From Camelus dromedarius (Eukaryota): a DNA stretch of 64,000 nt. Where the stretch lies: the NCBI RefSeq assembly GCF_036321535.1, contig NC_087436.1, forward strand, positions 69,938,001 to 70,002,000, in the 5' to 3' direction. The notes beneath the pieces are model-generated. The model was not told the DNA's origin. It saw only the letters and a program-made list of their open reading frames with translations, and made no database searches. The position numbers and the translations under genes are program-made. Shown here one piece after another: positions 13,160 to 23,334 of this stretch; the first letter of the stretch is position 1, and each line of letters starts with the position of its first letter.

Positions 13160-16100
13160 CCCAGTGAGAATCAAAGTGTTCCCAGGGGACCACATCTACC
13201 CAGAGAGCAGCCACCATCTCCTCTACCCTACAAGTCAAGAAGAGTTTTATCTCCTCTTTCTCCTCCCAATGGTCCAGGACTTGTTATACCACCACCTCAT
13301 CTTGGTCCTCGAGGGCACGTGCCACCTCCTCTTCCTCTTGGGAGAAAAGGGCAAGCTGCACCTCCTCCTGGTACGAAAAGGCGCCCTCTTCCACGTACTC
13401 CTCCTGGTACAAAAGGGCGCCTTCCACATCGTCCTGCACCTGGTACAAAAGGACACCTTCCACCACGTACTCCTGTTGGTACAAAAGGGCGCCTTCCATC
13501 CCCTCCTGCTTCTGGCACAAAAGGGCGCCTTCCACACCCTCCTTCTCCTCCTGGCACAACAGGGAGCCTTCCACCCCCTCCTGCTTCTGGCACAAAAGGG
13601 CGCCTTCCACGCCCTCCTTCCCCTCCCGGCACAAAGGGGCGCCTTCCACGCCCTCCTTCCCCTCCCGGCACAAAGGGGCGCCTTCCACGCCCTCCTTCCC
13701 CTCCCGGCACAAAGGGGCGCCTTCCACGCCCTCCTTCCCCTGCCGGCACAAAAGGGCGCCTTCCACGCCCTCCTTCCCCTCCCGGCACAAAAGGGCGCCT
13801 TCCACGCCCTCCTTCCCCTCCCGGCACAAAAGGGCGCCTTCCACGCCCTCCTTCCCCTCCCGGCACAAAGGGGCGCCTTCCACGCCCTCCTTCCCCTGCC
13901 GGCACAAAGGGGCGCCTTCCACGCCCTCCTTTCCCTGCCGGCACAAAGGGGCGCCTTCCACGCCCTCCTTCCCCTCCCGGCACAAAGGAGCGCCTTCCAC
14001 GCCCTCCTTCCCCTCCCGGCACAAAGGGGCGCCTTCCACGCCCTCCTTCCCCTGCCGGCACAAAGGGGCGCCTTCCACGCCCTCCTTCCCCTCCCGGCAC
14101 AAAGGGGCGCCTTCCACGCCCTCCTTCCCCTCCCGGCACAAAGGGGCGCCTTCCACGCCCTCCTTCCCCTCCCGGCACAAAGGGGCGCCTTCCACGCCCT
14201 CCTTCCCCTCCCGGCACAAAGGGGCGCCTTCCACGCCCTCCTTCCCCTCCCGGCACAAAGGGGCGCCTTCCACGCCCTCCTTCCCCTGCCGGCACAAAGG
14301 GGCGCCTTCCACGCCCTCCTTTCCCTGCCGGCACAAAGGGGCGCCTTCCACGCCCTCCTTCCCCTCCCGGCACAAAGGAGCGCCTTCCACGCCCTCCTTC
14401 CCCTCCCGGCACAAAGGGGCGCCTTCCACGCCCTCCTTCCCCTCCTGGCACAAAAGGGCGCCTTCCACGCCTTCCTTCTCCTCCTGGTACAAAAGGATGC
14501 CTTCCACCCCGTCTTACTCCTGGTACAAAAGGGTGCTTTCCACTCCCTCATTGTCTTCCTGGTACAAAAGGGCGCCTTCCTCGCCCTCCTTATCCTTCTG
14601 GTACAAAAGGGTGCCTTCCACCCCGTCTTCCTCCTGGTACAAAAGGGTGCTTTCCACTCCCTCACTGTCTTCCTGGTACAAAAGGGCGCCTTCCTCGCCC
14701 TCCTTATCCTCCTGGTACAAAAGGGTGCCTTCCACCCTCAAATAAAACAATCACAACGGCTACAACCACTATTACTAACATTATAAAACCCATCACCATC
14801 TCAAGAGAAATCATCACTTCCACAAAACTCACCACAACAGCAGCCATCAGTTCTACAGAGCCCACCACTATAGCAATCACCCTCACTTCCACTATACCCA
14901 CCACTACAGTAACAGCCACCAATTCCACAGAACCCACTGCCATAGCAACAACTGTCACTGATACAGAATCCACCAACACAGCAACTACCACTTCAACAGA
15001 ACCTACCACCACAATAGCAACTATAACCACTTCCACAGAACCCTACACTACTTTCACAGAATCTACCACAAAAACCATCATTACTTCTACAGAACCCAAC
15101 ACAATAGAAACCACCACCATTTCCACAGAGCTCACCAATAAAACAGCAAGCATCACATCCACAGAGCCCTTCACTGCAGCGAGCACCACTACTTCCACAG
15201 AATCCACTAACACAGTTAACATCATCACTACTCCAAAACCCATCAGAACAGCAACCAACAGAGCTTCCAATGAACTCAACACCACAATAACTGCTGCCAC
15301 TTCAAATGAACCTTCTACCAGAACAGGAAACACCACAATGTCCACAGGTTCCACCTCAGCCACCATCATTATTCCCACAGAACCCACTACCACAGCAATC
15401 ACTACCACTTCTGCAGGACCTGCCATTCTAGCTACCACCACAACATCCACAGAATCCACCACCTCAACAACCATCACCAGTTCAACTGAACCTACCACCA
15501 CAATAGCAACTCCTGTCTTTTCCACAGAACCCTATACGACTATCACAGAATCCTCCACAACAAGCATCATGACTTCTACAGAGCCCACCACAATAGAAAC
15601 CACTGCCACTTCCACAGAACCCACCAATAAAACAGCAACCATTTCTGCCACAGAGTCCACTACAGCAACCATCACCACTTCAACTGAACCTACCACTACA
15701 ACAGCAAACATTACCACTTCCACAGAACTCTATGCCACTTCTACAGAATCCATCACAGCAGCTGTCACTACTTCCACAGAACCTTCAGCAACAGCAACGA
15801 TCACCACTTCCACAGAACCCTATATCACTTCCACAGAATCCACCACAGCAACAGTCATTACTTCCACAGAACCTACCACAATAGCAACAGCCATCACTTC
15901 CACAGAACCCACCACCACAATAGCAACCATCACTTCCGTAGAGCCAACCATCACAGCAACCACAACCATTTCAACTGAAACTACCACCACAACAAGAAAC
16001 ACCACAGCTTCCAAGGAATCTGTCACCACAGCAACAGTCATCACTTCTTCAGAACCCACAATCACAACAACCACTGCAACTTCAAGTGAACTGACCACCA

Positions 16101-19100
16101 CCACAGCAACTACCACCAGTTCAACAGAATTTACACCAACAAAAGCAATCATCACTTCCACAGAACCCACCACCACAGCAACCGTGACCATTTCAACTGA
16201 ACCTACAACCAGAACAGCAACCATAATTTCCACAGAGCCCACTACCTCAGCAACAACCACCACTTCACCTGAACATACCACAACAGGAACTACCACAACT
16301 TCCACAGAAATAATCACCACAGCAACAACCATCACCTCTACAGAATCTACCACAACAGAACCCACCACTGCTTCCACAGAACCCTATACCACTATCACAG
16401 GATCCATCACTGCAGCCATCATTACAACCATAGAACCCACTGCAACAGCAACCATCACTTCCACAGAGACCATCACCACAGCAACTACCACCAATTCAAC
16501 TGAAACTACTACCACAACAGCAACCACCACAACTTCTACAAAACCCAGTAACACCACAGCAACCACCACCAATTCAACTAAATCTACACCAGCAACAGCA
16601 ACCATCATTTTCACAGAGCCCATCACCACAGCAACTGCCACCACTTCAACTGAACTTACCACCACAACAGGAACTACCACAACTTCCACAGAAATCATCA
16701 CCACAGCAACAACCATCACCTCTACAGAATCCACTACTGTTGAACACATCACCACTTCCACAGAACCCTATACCACATCCATAGAATCCATCCCAGCAAC
16801 TACTATTACTTCCATAGAACCCACCACAATAGCAACCATCACTTCCACAGAGTCCACCGCTAGAGCAACAAGCACTACTTCAACTGAAACTAACATCACA
16901 AAAGGAAACACCACAACTTCCAAGGAGCCTGTCCCCACAACTACAATCATCTTTTCTTCAAAATCCACAACCACAGCAACCACTGCCATGTCAAGTGAAC
17001 TGACCACCACCACAGCAACCACAACTTCTATAGAAGCCACCAACACCACAGCAACCACCACCACTTCAACTGAACATACAACCACAACAGCCACCATCAC
17101 CTCTTCCATAGAGCCCACAACCACAAAAGCTATGACCACTTCAACTGAACCTACAATGACAACAGCAACCATTACTCCCACAGAGCCCACCACCATAGCA
17201 ACCACTAACACTTCAATTGAACCTACCACCGTAACTGCCACCATCACCACATCCACTGAACACTATACCACTTCCACAGAATCCACCACAGCCACCATCA
17301 TTATTTCCACAGAACCCCTTAGAATAGTAACCACCACCACTCTCACAGAGCCCACCACCACAGAAACCACCACTACTTCCACAGAATCACCCACGTCAGC
17401 AACCATCATCACTACAACTGAACCCACCACTGCAACAGGAACCACCACAACTTCCAAAGACCTCACCACCACAGCAACATTCATTACTTCTACAGAATTT
17501 ACCACCACAGAACCCATGACCACTTCCACAGAACCCTATACTACTTCTACAGAACTTATCACAGGCACCATCATTACATCCACAGAATCTGCCACAATAG
17601 CAAACACCACCTCTTCCATGGAGCCAACCACTACAGAAACCACCACTACTTCCACACCCACCACAGCAACTATCATCACTACAACAGAACCCACTACATT
17701 ATCAACCATCACCATTTCCACTGATATGACCACCACAGCAATCACTACTACCTCTTTAATTGAACCTATCACAACAAGAACCAACATAACTTCCACAGAA
17801 CCCACCACCATAGCAACAATCAACACTTCTGCAGAATCTGTCACCACAGTAACCACCACCATTTCCACAGAACCCACCACAACAGCAACCATCACTCCCA
17901 CAGAGCCCACCACTACAACAGCAAGCACTACTTCCTCAGAATCCCCCAACATGGTAGCCATCATCACTGCTACACAACCCAGCACAACAGCAATCATTAC
18001 CACTTCCACTGAACCCATCACCACAGCAACCACCACCACTTCCATGGAACCCACCACCAGAACATTAATAATTACCACTTCCACAGAACCTTATACCACT
18101 TCTACAGAATCTACCACAGCAACCACCATTATTTCCACAGAGCCCACCACTACAGCAACCACCACTACTTCTGCAGAATCTCAAACCTCAGCAACAATCA
18201 CCACTACTACAGAACTCACCACCAAAGCAGTCACCACCACTTTCCCTGGACCTACCATCACAACAGGAACATTCACAACTTCCACAGGACCCACCACCAG
18301 AGCAACCACTACCTCTCTAACTGAACCCACCACCACAGAAACCAACACAACTTCTACTGAAGCCACCACCACCACAGAAATCACCACCAATTCAACTGAA
18401 CCTGCCACCACAACAGCAGCCTTCACTTCCACAGAGCCCACCACCATAGCAACCATCACCACTTTAACCAAACCTACCAAAATAGGAAACACCACAATTT
18501 TAAGAGATGCCACAAGAGCAACTATCATTACTTCTACAGAATCTACTACCATAACAACTACCAACACTTCTACAGAACTGACTGCCACAACCACCACCAC
18601 CACTTTTCTAGAACCCACCATCACAGCAACCAACATTACTTCCACAGAACCCATCACTACAGCAATCACCATCACTGCAACTGAACCTATCACCACGACA
18701 GGAACCACCCCTACTTCCACAGGAAACACCACCAGAGCAACCATCATTACTTCTACAGAACCTACCACAATAACAACCACCACCACTTCCATATCACCCA
18801 CCACCATAAAGGCAATAATCACTCCCACAGAGCCCAATGGTACAGTAATCACCACCACTTTAGCTGAATCTACACCCACAACAGCAACCATTATTTCCAC
18901 AGAGCCTACCACCACTTCATCTGAACCCACCACAATTTCCACAGAACCCACTACAACAGCAGCAATCATCACTTCTACAGAATCCACCACCACAGCAACC
19001 ACTGTCACTTCAACTGAATCTACCACAACAGCAACCATTACCACTTTCACAGAACCCACCAGCACATCAACACCCATCAGTTCCACTGAACCCACTACCA

Positions 19101-20032
19101 CAGCAACCACCACCAGAACAGCAACCATTATCACTTCCACAGAACCCTGTAATACCACTTCCATAGACTCTATCACAGCAACCACCACTACTTCTGCAGA
19201 ATCCCACACCACAGCAACAATCATCACTATTACAGAACTCACCACCACTTCCACTGAACCTACCACCACTACGGGAACCACCACAACTTCCACAGAACCC
19301 ACCACCAGAGAAACACTCATCACTTCTACAGACTCCACCACCACAGCAACCAGCAAAACTTCTACTGAAGCCACCACCACCAATTCAATGGAACCTACCA
19401 CAACAGCAACAATCACTACTTCCACAGAACCCTATACCACTTCCACAGAATCCACCACAATAGCAACCACCACCATTTCCACAGAACCCATCACCACAAC
19501 AGCACCCATCACTTCCACAGAGTTCACCACTACAGCAACCACCACTACCTCTGCAGAACTCCAAACCACAACAACGATCTTTACCATTGCAGAACTCACC
19601 ACCAAACCAATCAGCACTACATTCACTGAAACTACCACTGCAACAGGAACCACCACACCTTCCACAGAACCCACCACCAGAGCAACAATCATCACCTCTA
19701 CAGAACCCACCACTACAGCAACCACCACCACTGTAACTGAATCCACCACCACAGCAACCACAACTTCTACTGAAGCCACCGCCACCACAGTAAGCACCAC
19801 CACTTCAACTAAACCTACACCAACAACAGCAACTGTCGTTTCCACAGAATCCCCCACCACAGCAACCATCATTACTACTACAGAAGCAACCATGAGTACT
19901 TCCACTGACTCCACCACCACAGCAACTACCATCAGTATTTTCACAGAGCTCACTACTGCAACGGAGCCCACCACCACCACAGCAGTAGCAACCATCTCCA
20001 CAGTACCTACAGCAGCTACAACTCAAATATAA
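13160..20032 (+). CDS. OPRPN: OPRPN/PROL1 exon 3: giant mucinised proline-rich protein (2290 aa in this exon; 2308 aa precursor)
   Basis: Acceptor tcaccgcag|CCCAGTGAG (PSE..., phase 0), in frame with the 2300-aa ORF and unbroken to TAA at 20030-20032. The N-terminus and 3' UTR resemble human PROL1, and the gene lies upstream of MUC7. Confidence 0.88.
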   Translation, partial: PSENQSVPRGPHLPREQPPSPLPYKSRRVLSPLSPPNGPGLVIPPPHLGPRGHVPPPLPLGRKGQAAPPPGTKRRPLPRTPPGTKGRLPHRPAPGTKGHLPPRTPVGTKGRLPSPPASGTKGRLPHPPSPPGTTGSLPPPPASGTKGRLPRPPSPPGTKGRLPRPPSPPGTKGRLPRPPSPPGTKGRLPRPPSPAGTKGRLPRPPSPPGTKGRLPRPPSPPGTKGRLPRPPSPPGTKGRLPRPPSPAGTKGRLPRPPFPAGTKGRLPRPPSPPGTKERLPRPPSPPGTKGRLPRPPSPAGTKGRLPRPPSPPGTKGRLPRPPSPPGTKGRLPRPPSPPGTKGRLPRPPSPPGTKGRLPRPPSPPGTKGRLPRPPSPAGTKGRLPRPPFPAGTKGRLPRPPSPPGTKERLPRPPSPPGTKGRLPRPPSPPGTKGRLPRLPSPPGTKGCLPPRLTPGTKGCFPLPHCLPGTKGRLPRPPYPSGTKGCLPPRLPPGTKGCFPLPHCLPGTKGRLPRPPYPPGTKGCLPPSNKTITTATTTITNIIKPITISREIITSTKLTTTAAISSTEPTTIAITLTSTIPTTTVTATNSTEPTAIATTVTDTESTNTATTTSTEPTTTIATITTSTEPYTTFTESTTKTIITSTEPNTIETTTISTELTNKTASITSTEPFTAASTTTSTESTNTVNIITTPKPIRTATNRASNELNTTITAATSNEPSTRTGNTTMSTGSTSATIIIPTEPTTTAITTTSAGPAILATTTTSTESTTSTTITSSTEPTTTIATPVFSTEPYTTITESSTTSIMTSTEPTTIETTATSTEPTNKTATISATESTTATITTSTEPTTTTANITTSTELYATSTESITAAVTTSTEPSATATITTSTEPYITSTESTTATVITSTEPTTIATAITSTEPTTTIATITSVEPTITATTTISTETTTTTRNTTASKESVTTATVITSSEPTITTTTATSSELTTTTATTTSSTEFTPTKAIITSTEPTTTATVTISTEPTTRTATIISTEPTTSATTTTSPEHTTTGTTTTSTEIITTATTITSTESTTTEPTTASTEPYTTITGSITAAIITTIEPTATATITSTETITTATTTNSTETTTTTATTTTSTKPSNTTATTTNSTKSTPATATIIFTEPITTATATTSTELTTTTGTTTTSTEIITTATTITSTESTTVEHITTSTEPYTTSIESIPATTITSIEPTTIATITSTESTARATSTTSTETNITKGNTTTSKEPVPTTTIIFSSKSTTTATTAMSSELTTTTATTTSIEATNTTATTTTSTEHTTTTATITSSIEPTTTKAMTTSTEPTMTTATITPTEPTTIATTNTSIEPTTVTATITTSTEHYTTSTESTTATIIISTEPLRIVTTTTLTEPTTTETTTTSTESPTSATIITTTEPTTATGTTTTSKDLTTTATFITSTEFTTTEPMTTSTEPYTTSTELITGTIITSTESATIANTTSSMEPTTTETTTTSTPTTATIITTTEPTTLSTITISTDMTTTAITTTSLIEPITTRTNITSTEPTTIATINTSAESVTTVTTTISTEPTTTATITPTEPTTTTASTTSSESPNMVAIITATQPSTTAIITTSTEPITTATTTTSMEPTTRTLIITTSTEPYTTSTESTTATTIISTEPTTTATTTTSAESQTSATITTTTELTTKAVTTTFPGPTITTGTFTTSTGPTTRATTTSLTEPTTTETNTTSTEATTTTEITTNSTEPATTTAAFTSTEPTTIATITTLTKPTKIGNTTILRDATRATIITSTESTTITTTNTSTELTATTTTTTFLEPTITATNITSTEPITTAITITATEPITTTGTTPTSTGNTTRATIITSTEPTTITTTTTSISPTTIKAIITPTEPNGTVITTTLAESTPTTATIISTEPTTTSSEPTTISTEPTTTAAIITSTESTTTATTVTSTESTTTATITTFTEPTSTSTPISSTEPTTTATTTRTATIITSTEPCNTTSIDSITATTTTSAESHTTATIITITELTTTSTEPTTTTGTTTTSTEPTTRETLITSTDSTTTATSKTSTEATTTNSMEPTTTATITTSTEPYTTSTESTTIATTTISTEPITTTAPITSTEFTTTATTTTSAELQTTTTIFTIAELTTKPISTTFTETTTATGTTTPSTEPTTRATIITSTEPTTTATTTTVTESTTTATTTSTEATATTVSTTTSTKPTPTTATVVSTESPTTATIITTTEATMSTSTDSTTTATTISIFTELTTATEPTTTTAVATISTVPTAATTQI
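13622..14479 (+). repeat. Coding minisatellite: 22 near-identical 39-bp units encoding PPGTKGRLPRPPS
   Basis: Consensus CCTCCCGGCACAAAGGGGCGCCTTCCACGCCCTCCTTCC. Degenerate 36-39-bp units flank it from ~13364 to ~14740. Confidence 0.97.
14742..20029 (+). repeat. Degenerate coding PTS repeat domain (~36-39-bp units, TSTEPTTTATTT-like)
   Basis: Recurrent ACTTCCACAGAACCCACCAC motif; translation is Thr/Ser/Glu/Pro/Ile/Ala-rich. Confidence 0.95.
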
Positions 20033-20250
20033 CCAGCCCTCTATCCACCATAGTGCCCAGTACCACTATCCATGTTACAGCTTCCAAACTACACCCATCT
20101 GTATAAAGTTTAAGAGTTCTGGGGATTAGTTCCTGTTGTTTTTTGGTTGAAGATGTGAGAAATTATTTTCCAAACTTCTCTAGCTCTTAGGAGAAATGAA
20201 CTTCAATTATTTCAGTGGAACCAACCCTGTTCTAACCAGAACACCAAACA

Positions 20251-20256
20251 AATAAA
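20251..20256 (+). terminator. PROL1 polyadenylation signal AATAAA
   Basis: AATAAA about 220 nt after the stop, in the context aataaagtatctgagcaata, which resembles the recalled human PROL1 mRNA end. Confidence 0.75.
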
Positions 20257-23200
20257 GTATCTGAGCAATAATATGCACCTAATATTGTCATGATGACTAC
20301 CACCTTTGCTATATTTTATTACCTACCAATAGCTAGTAAAATCATTTTCCCAGAAGGAAACAGACTCCTTATGAAAAAAAAAAGGCATTTATAAAAAATC
20401 TGCTTGAAGAGAGTGGACAGGATTAAATGAACCGGCAAGGGGTGTTAAGGCATACAAAGTCTAGCCAAAGTGGAGCTCGTAGTGTGCCTCAGCTTAATGG
20501 GGGCAAAGGAACAAATAACAATACCAGAGCCTGAATCAGAGTTGGGACTGTGGATGAAAAGCCAACAAATAGAATCTGTTGCAGTGAAGGGATATAATTA
20601 CTGCCCACAGGAGGAAGAGAGCAGTATAGTACCCCTTCCTCTTTCCTTCTATTTCTTTGATCAGTGGACTCTGATCAAGATCTGACAGGCAAAGGAGTCC
20701 AGGTCATAGAGTTTACATGGTTGTCCTCCCAGGGTAGAGGGCTAAGCAGAGAAGGGTGAATTGTTCATGAAGAACTATCAGCATATAGTAGCCTGGTTCA
20801 GCATTTTGAAGCCAAATAAGTAGGCAAGGAAAAATGTGAGTTCCTGACTTCCTGCACAGAATGAGGAAGAGATAGCAGTAAAATAAATTATAAAATTATA
20901 TCAACTTTTTATTGCCTTTCTCTTGGAAATGCACCTATCTATAGGGACAGCTAAGTAGTAAAAATATAAGTAATACAGCATAATTTTTAAAAGAAATATA
21001 AAATAATAAAATTTAAATAGAAATAATACATGCATAAATATATCAATATAAATGTGAAGTAAATATGTTTTTTAAAATTTAACTCTCTTGAGTACAGGAG
21101 CAGAAGCAATGAATACAAAGCATGAAGCAATGCCCTAATAAACTGATCGTTTTACCTCCCCTCAAATGGGTCTCAAATTATGTAATCATTTTTCATAATG
21201 ATGGCATCATTGATTTTTGGAGTGAAAAGTCCATTTTATCTATTCTAGTAAATCTAAATGTCTAAGTGAGACATGAGGCAGAGTTTTATTTATTTTATTA
21301 AAGTAGAACTAAAATGAAATTTGATTATAGCAGGAAGTTACTTTTCAGAGGTGCAACCAACAAATACGGTAACAGACTTAGTTTGGTGCTCAATCAACCT
21401 AACAATATCAGGTATATTACTGGCATTTCAAAATTTTATTTGTTTCTGAAGAATAAATAAAAATTGTTTTAAACAAAAGATTGTATCAACTCTTTATGGA
21501 ATGTGTGAAAAGTCTGGGAGTAAATGTATTTATATCTATGTATATTTGGCCTTTTAAGAATAGCTCTGAACTCCTACTATAAGACACTACTACTGCCAGA
21601 TTTCCCCTATCTCCTTATCAGTTGTCATTTCCACAATCTGGCTTCTAAACTTCTATGATGCTTAAGCATGACACAAATTTTCCAGCATGGAGGGCCATCA
21701 GGGTCTCTGCATTGTCAGCTCTCTGTTGCTTCTCCTGCTCTTGTTAGCAACAACTGAACAGATTCATGCCAACTCCAGTTAATCTTCAATTGGTAAATAA
21801 ATTCAGTTGGGCACTTTACTGTGACTTGTGTGTAAACAGAGTCAAAAGCGTTATTTATTTCCTACCTAAAGGAACTTTTCATCCCTTTGAGTTTTGGCAT
21901 CCATTATCTCATCTCTCCACAAAGTTTTTAATGGGGGCAACCATTACCATCTCTGCCATGAGCCCTATTTCAGTCGCCAGGCTAGGCTGGCTACCTGGAG
22001 GGATAGTTTTGATACGGAAGAATACCTGCCTGTTTCTCTCCTCCCTTCCATGAGCCCTTGGTAAAATGAATTTGTTGAATCACATCACACTGACACACCA
22101 ATGGAATATAAGGGCTCATTGGTTTTGCACGTCTCCGATTTCACATTCATTCACATTCAGCACACACTTTCCCTACTATTAATCCCTCTCCCAATCTTCT
22201 GTCTCCCATATGCCTGTTAGGAGCAACTTCCAGCTAAGACTTAGAGCCCTCCTCACAGCCTATTCCCTGTCACCCATGCTTCCTGAGCTCTCTCTCATGT
22301 TCTGCAAGCTGCACGCTGTACGGTTTCAGGAGGAGGGGTATGGCCCACCAGCTGCACCATACTCAGTAGGTCTGCCCAGCGTTCCCCCAGACTACTGTTC
22401 TTCTATGTAATATACCAGACACTTTCACCATGCCGCTTAGAGTTCTTGTTCTATTAGAAGAAAATTTCCCTAGACCCTGGGATTTCCCTTGAATACTGAA
22501 ATAAGTGAACCAGGCTTCCCTCTAAAGACAGAACATATCTTCTTAAATCATGACTATCCCCGCCTTCTAAAACTGACTAAATTATAAGCTTCTCAGAAGT
22601 CTTGAAATGTTGCAGACATATTTATCTCTATTTAAAAGAAAATAAAGTAAAAAGGCATTCTTACTTTCCAAATTTCTCTTTAAGCACAAAGGGGAATACA
22701 TATCTGTCAGACACCACTGCTGTTATAACCAAGCCCACAGCTCTTAGGGAAAAGGCCATGCCGTAATCATAAAAGGTGGCTGAGAAAGCCTTATCAATTT
22801 TTTCAGAGTTCCCAACCACTTCAGGGCATCATCAGATGTCATATGTGTGCATGTCTCATGCATATGGGTCAGGGAGAGGGTGAGATATGGATAGTCTTGG
22901 TTCCTAGGACAGAAAGCTCTGTCAAATTAAACAGCTGAGCTGCACTGGCTGTGCTGCAGTGACAGGACACACTGGGTTTGATTCACACAACTCAGCAGTC
23001 ATCATGACACAGGGTTATGGGTGGAAAGCAAAAAATGCTTCACATAAGATGCTTCATGCAATTCAATGTCACTCACCTCCACGAATGTCTGCCATGGTCC
23101 AGGCACTGTGCTCGGTGCTTGAGTTTCAGCAGGGTACAGGGTTGCTGTCCTTATAGAACTTGCTATTTGGCTAAGAAGAGAAACATTTAACAAATTATTG

Positions 23201-23334
23201 CAAATGTTTTACAAAAGCATGGATCTGTATGATCAAATAGAAAGGAAACAACCCACTTTAGGTGAAAGTCTCTAAACTGCTGATGGCCCAGAACAGGGAA
23301 TAAATTACGTAAGTAATTTTTAATATCAAGTTCC

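Noticed and set aside
13622..14479. CRISPR-like regular repeats
   Set aside because: Head-to-tail units with no unique spacers, inside a mammalian coding exon.
13137..14786. Long overlapping ORFs in other frames and strands (549, 472, 407 and 384 aa) across the 39-bp array
   Set aside because: The unit length is a multiple of 3 and has no stops in these frames, so they stay open automatically. Only the 13160 frame matches the phase-0 signal exon.
14704..20026. Val-rich minus-strand ORFs that look like membrane proteins
   Set aside because: They are antisense shadows of Thr-rich codons, broken mainly at the STEPY landmarks.
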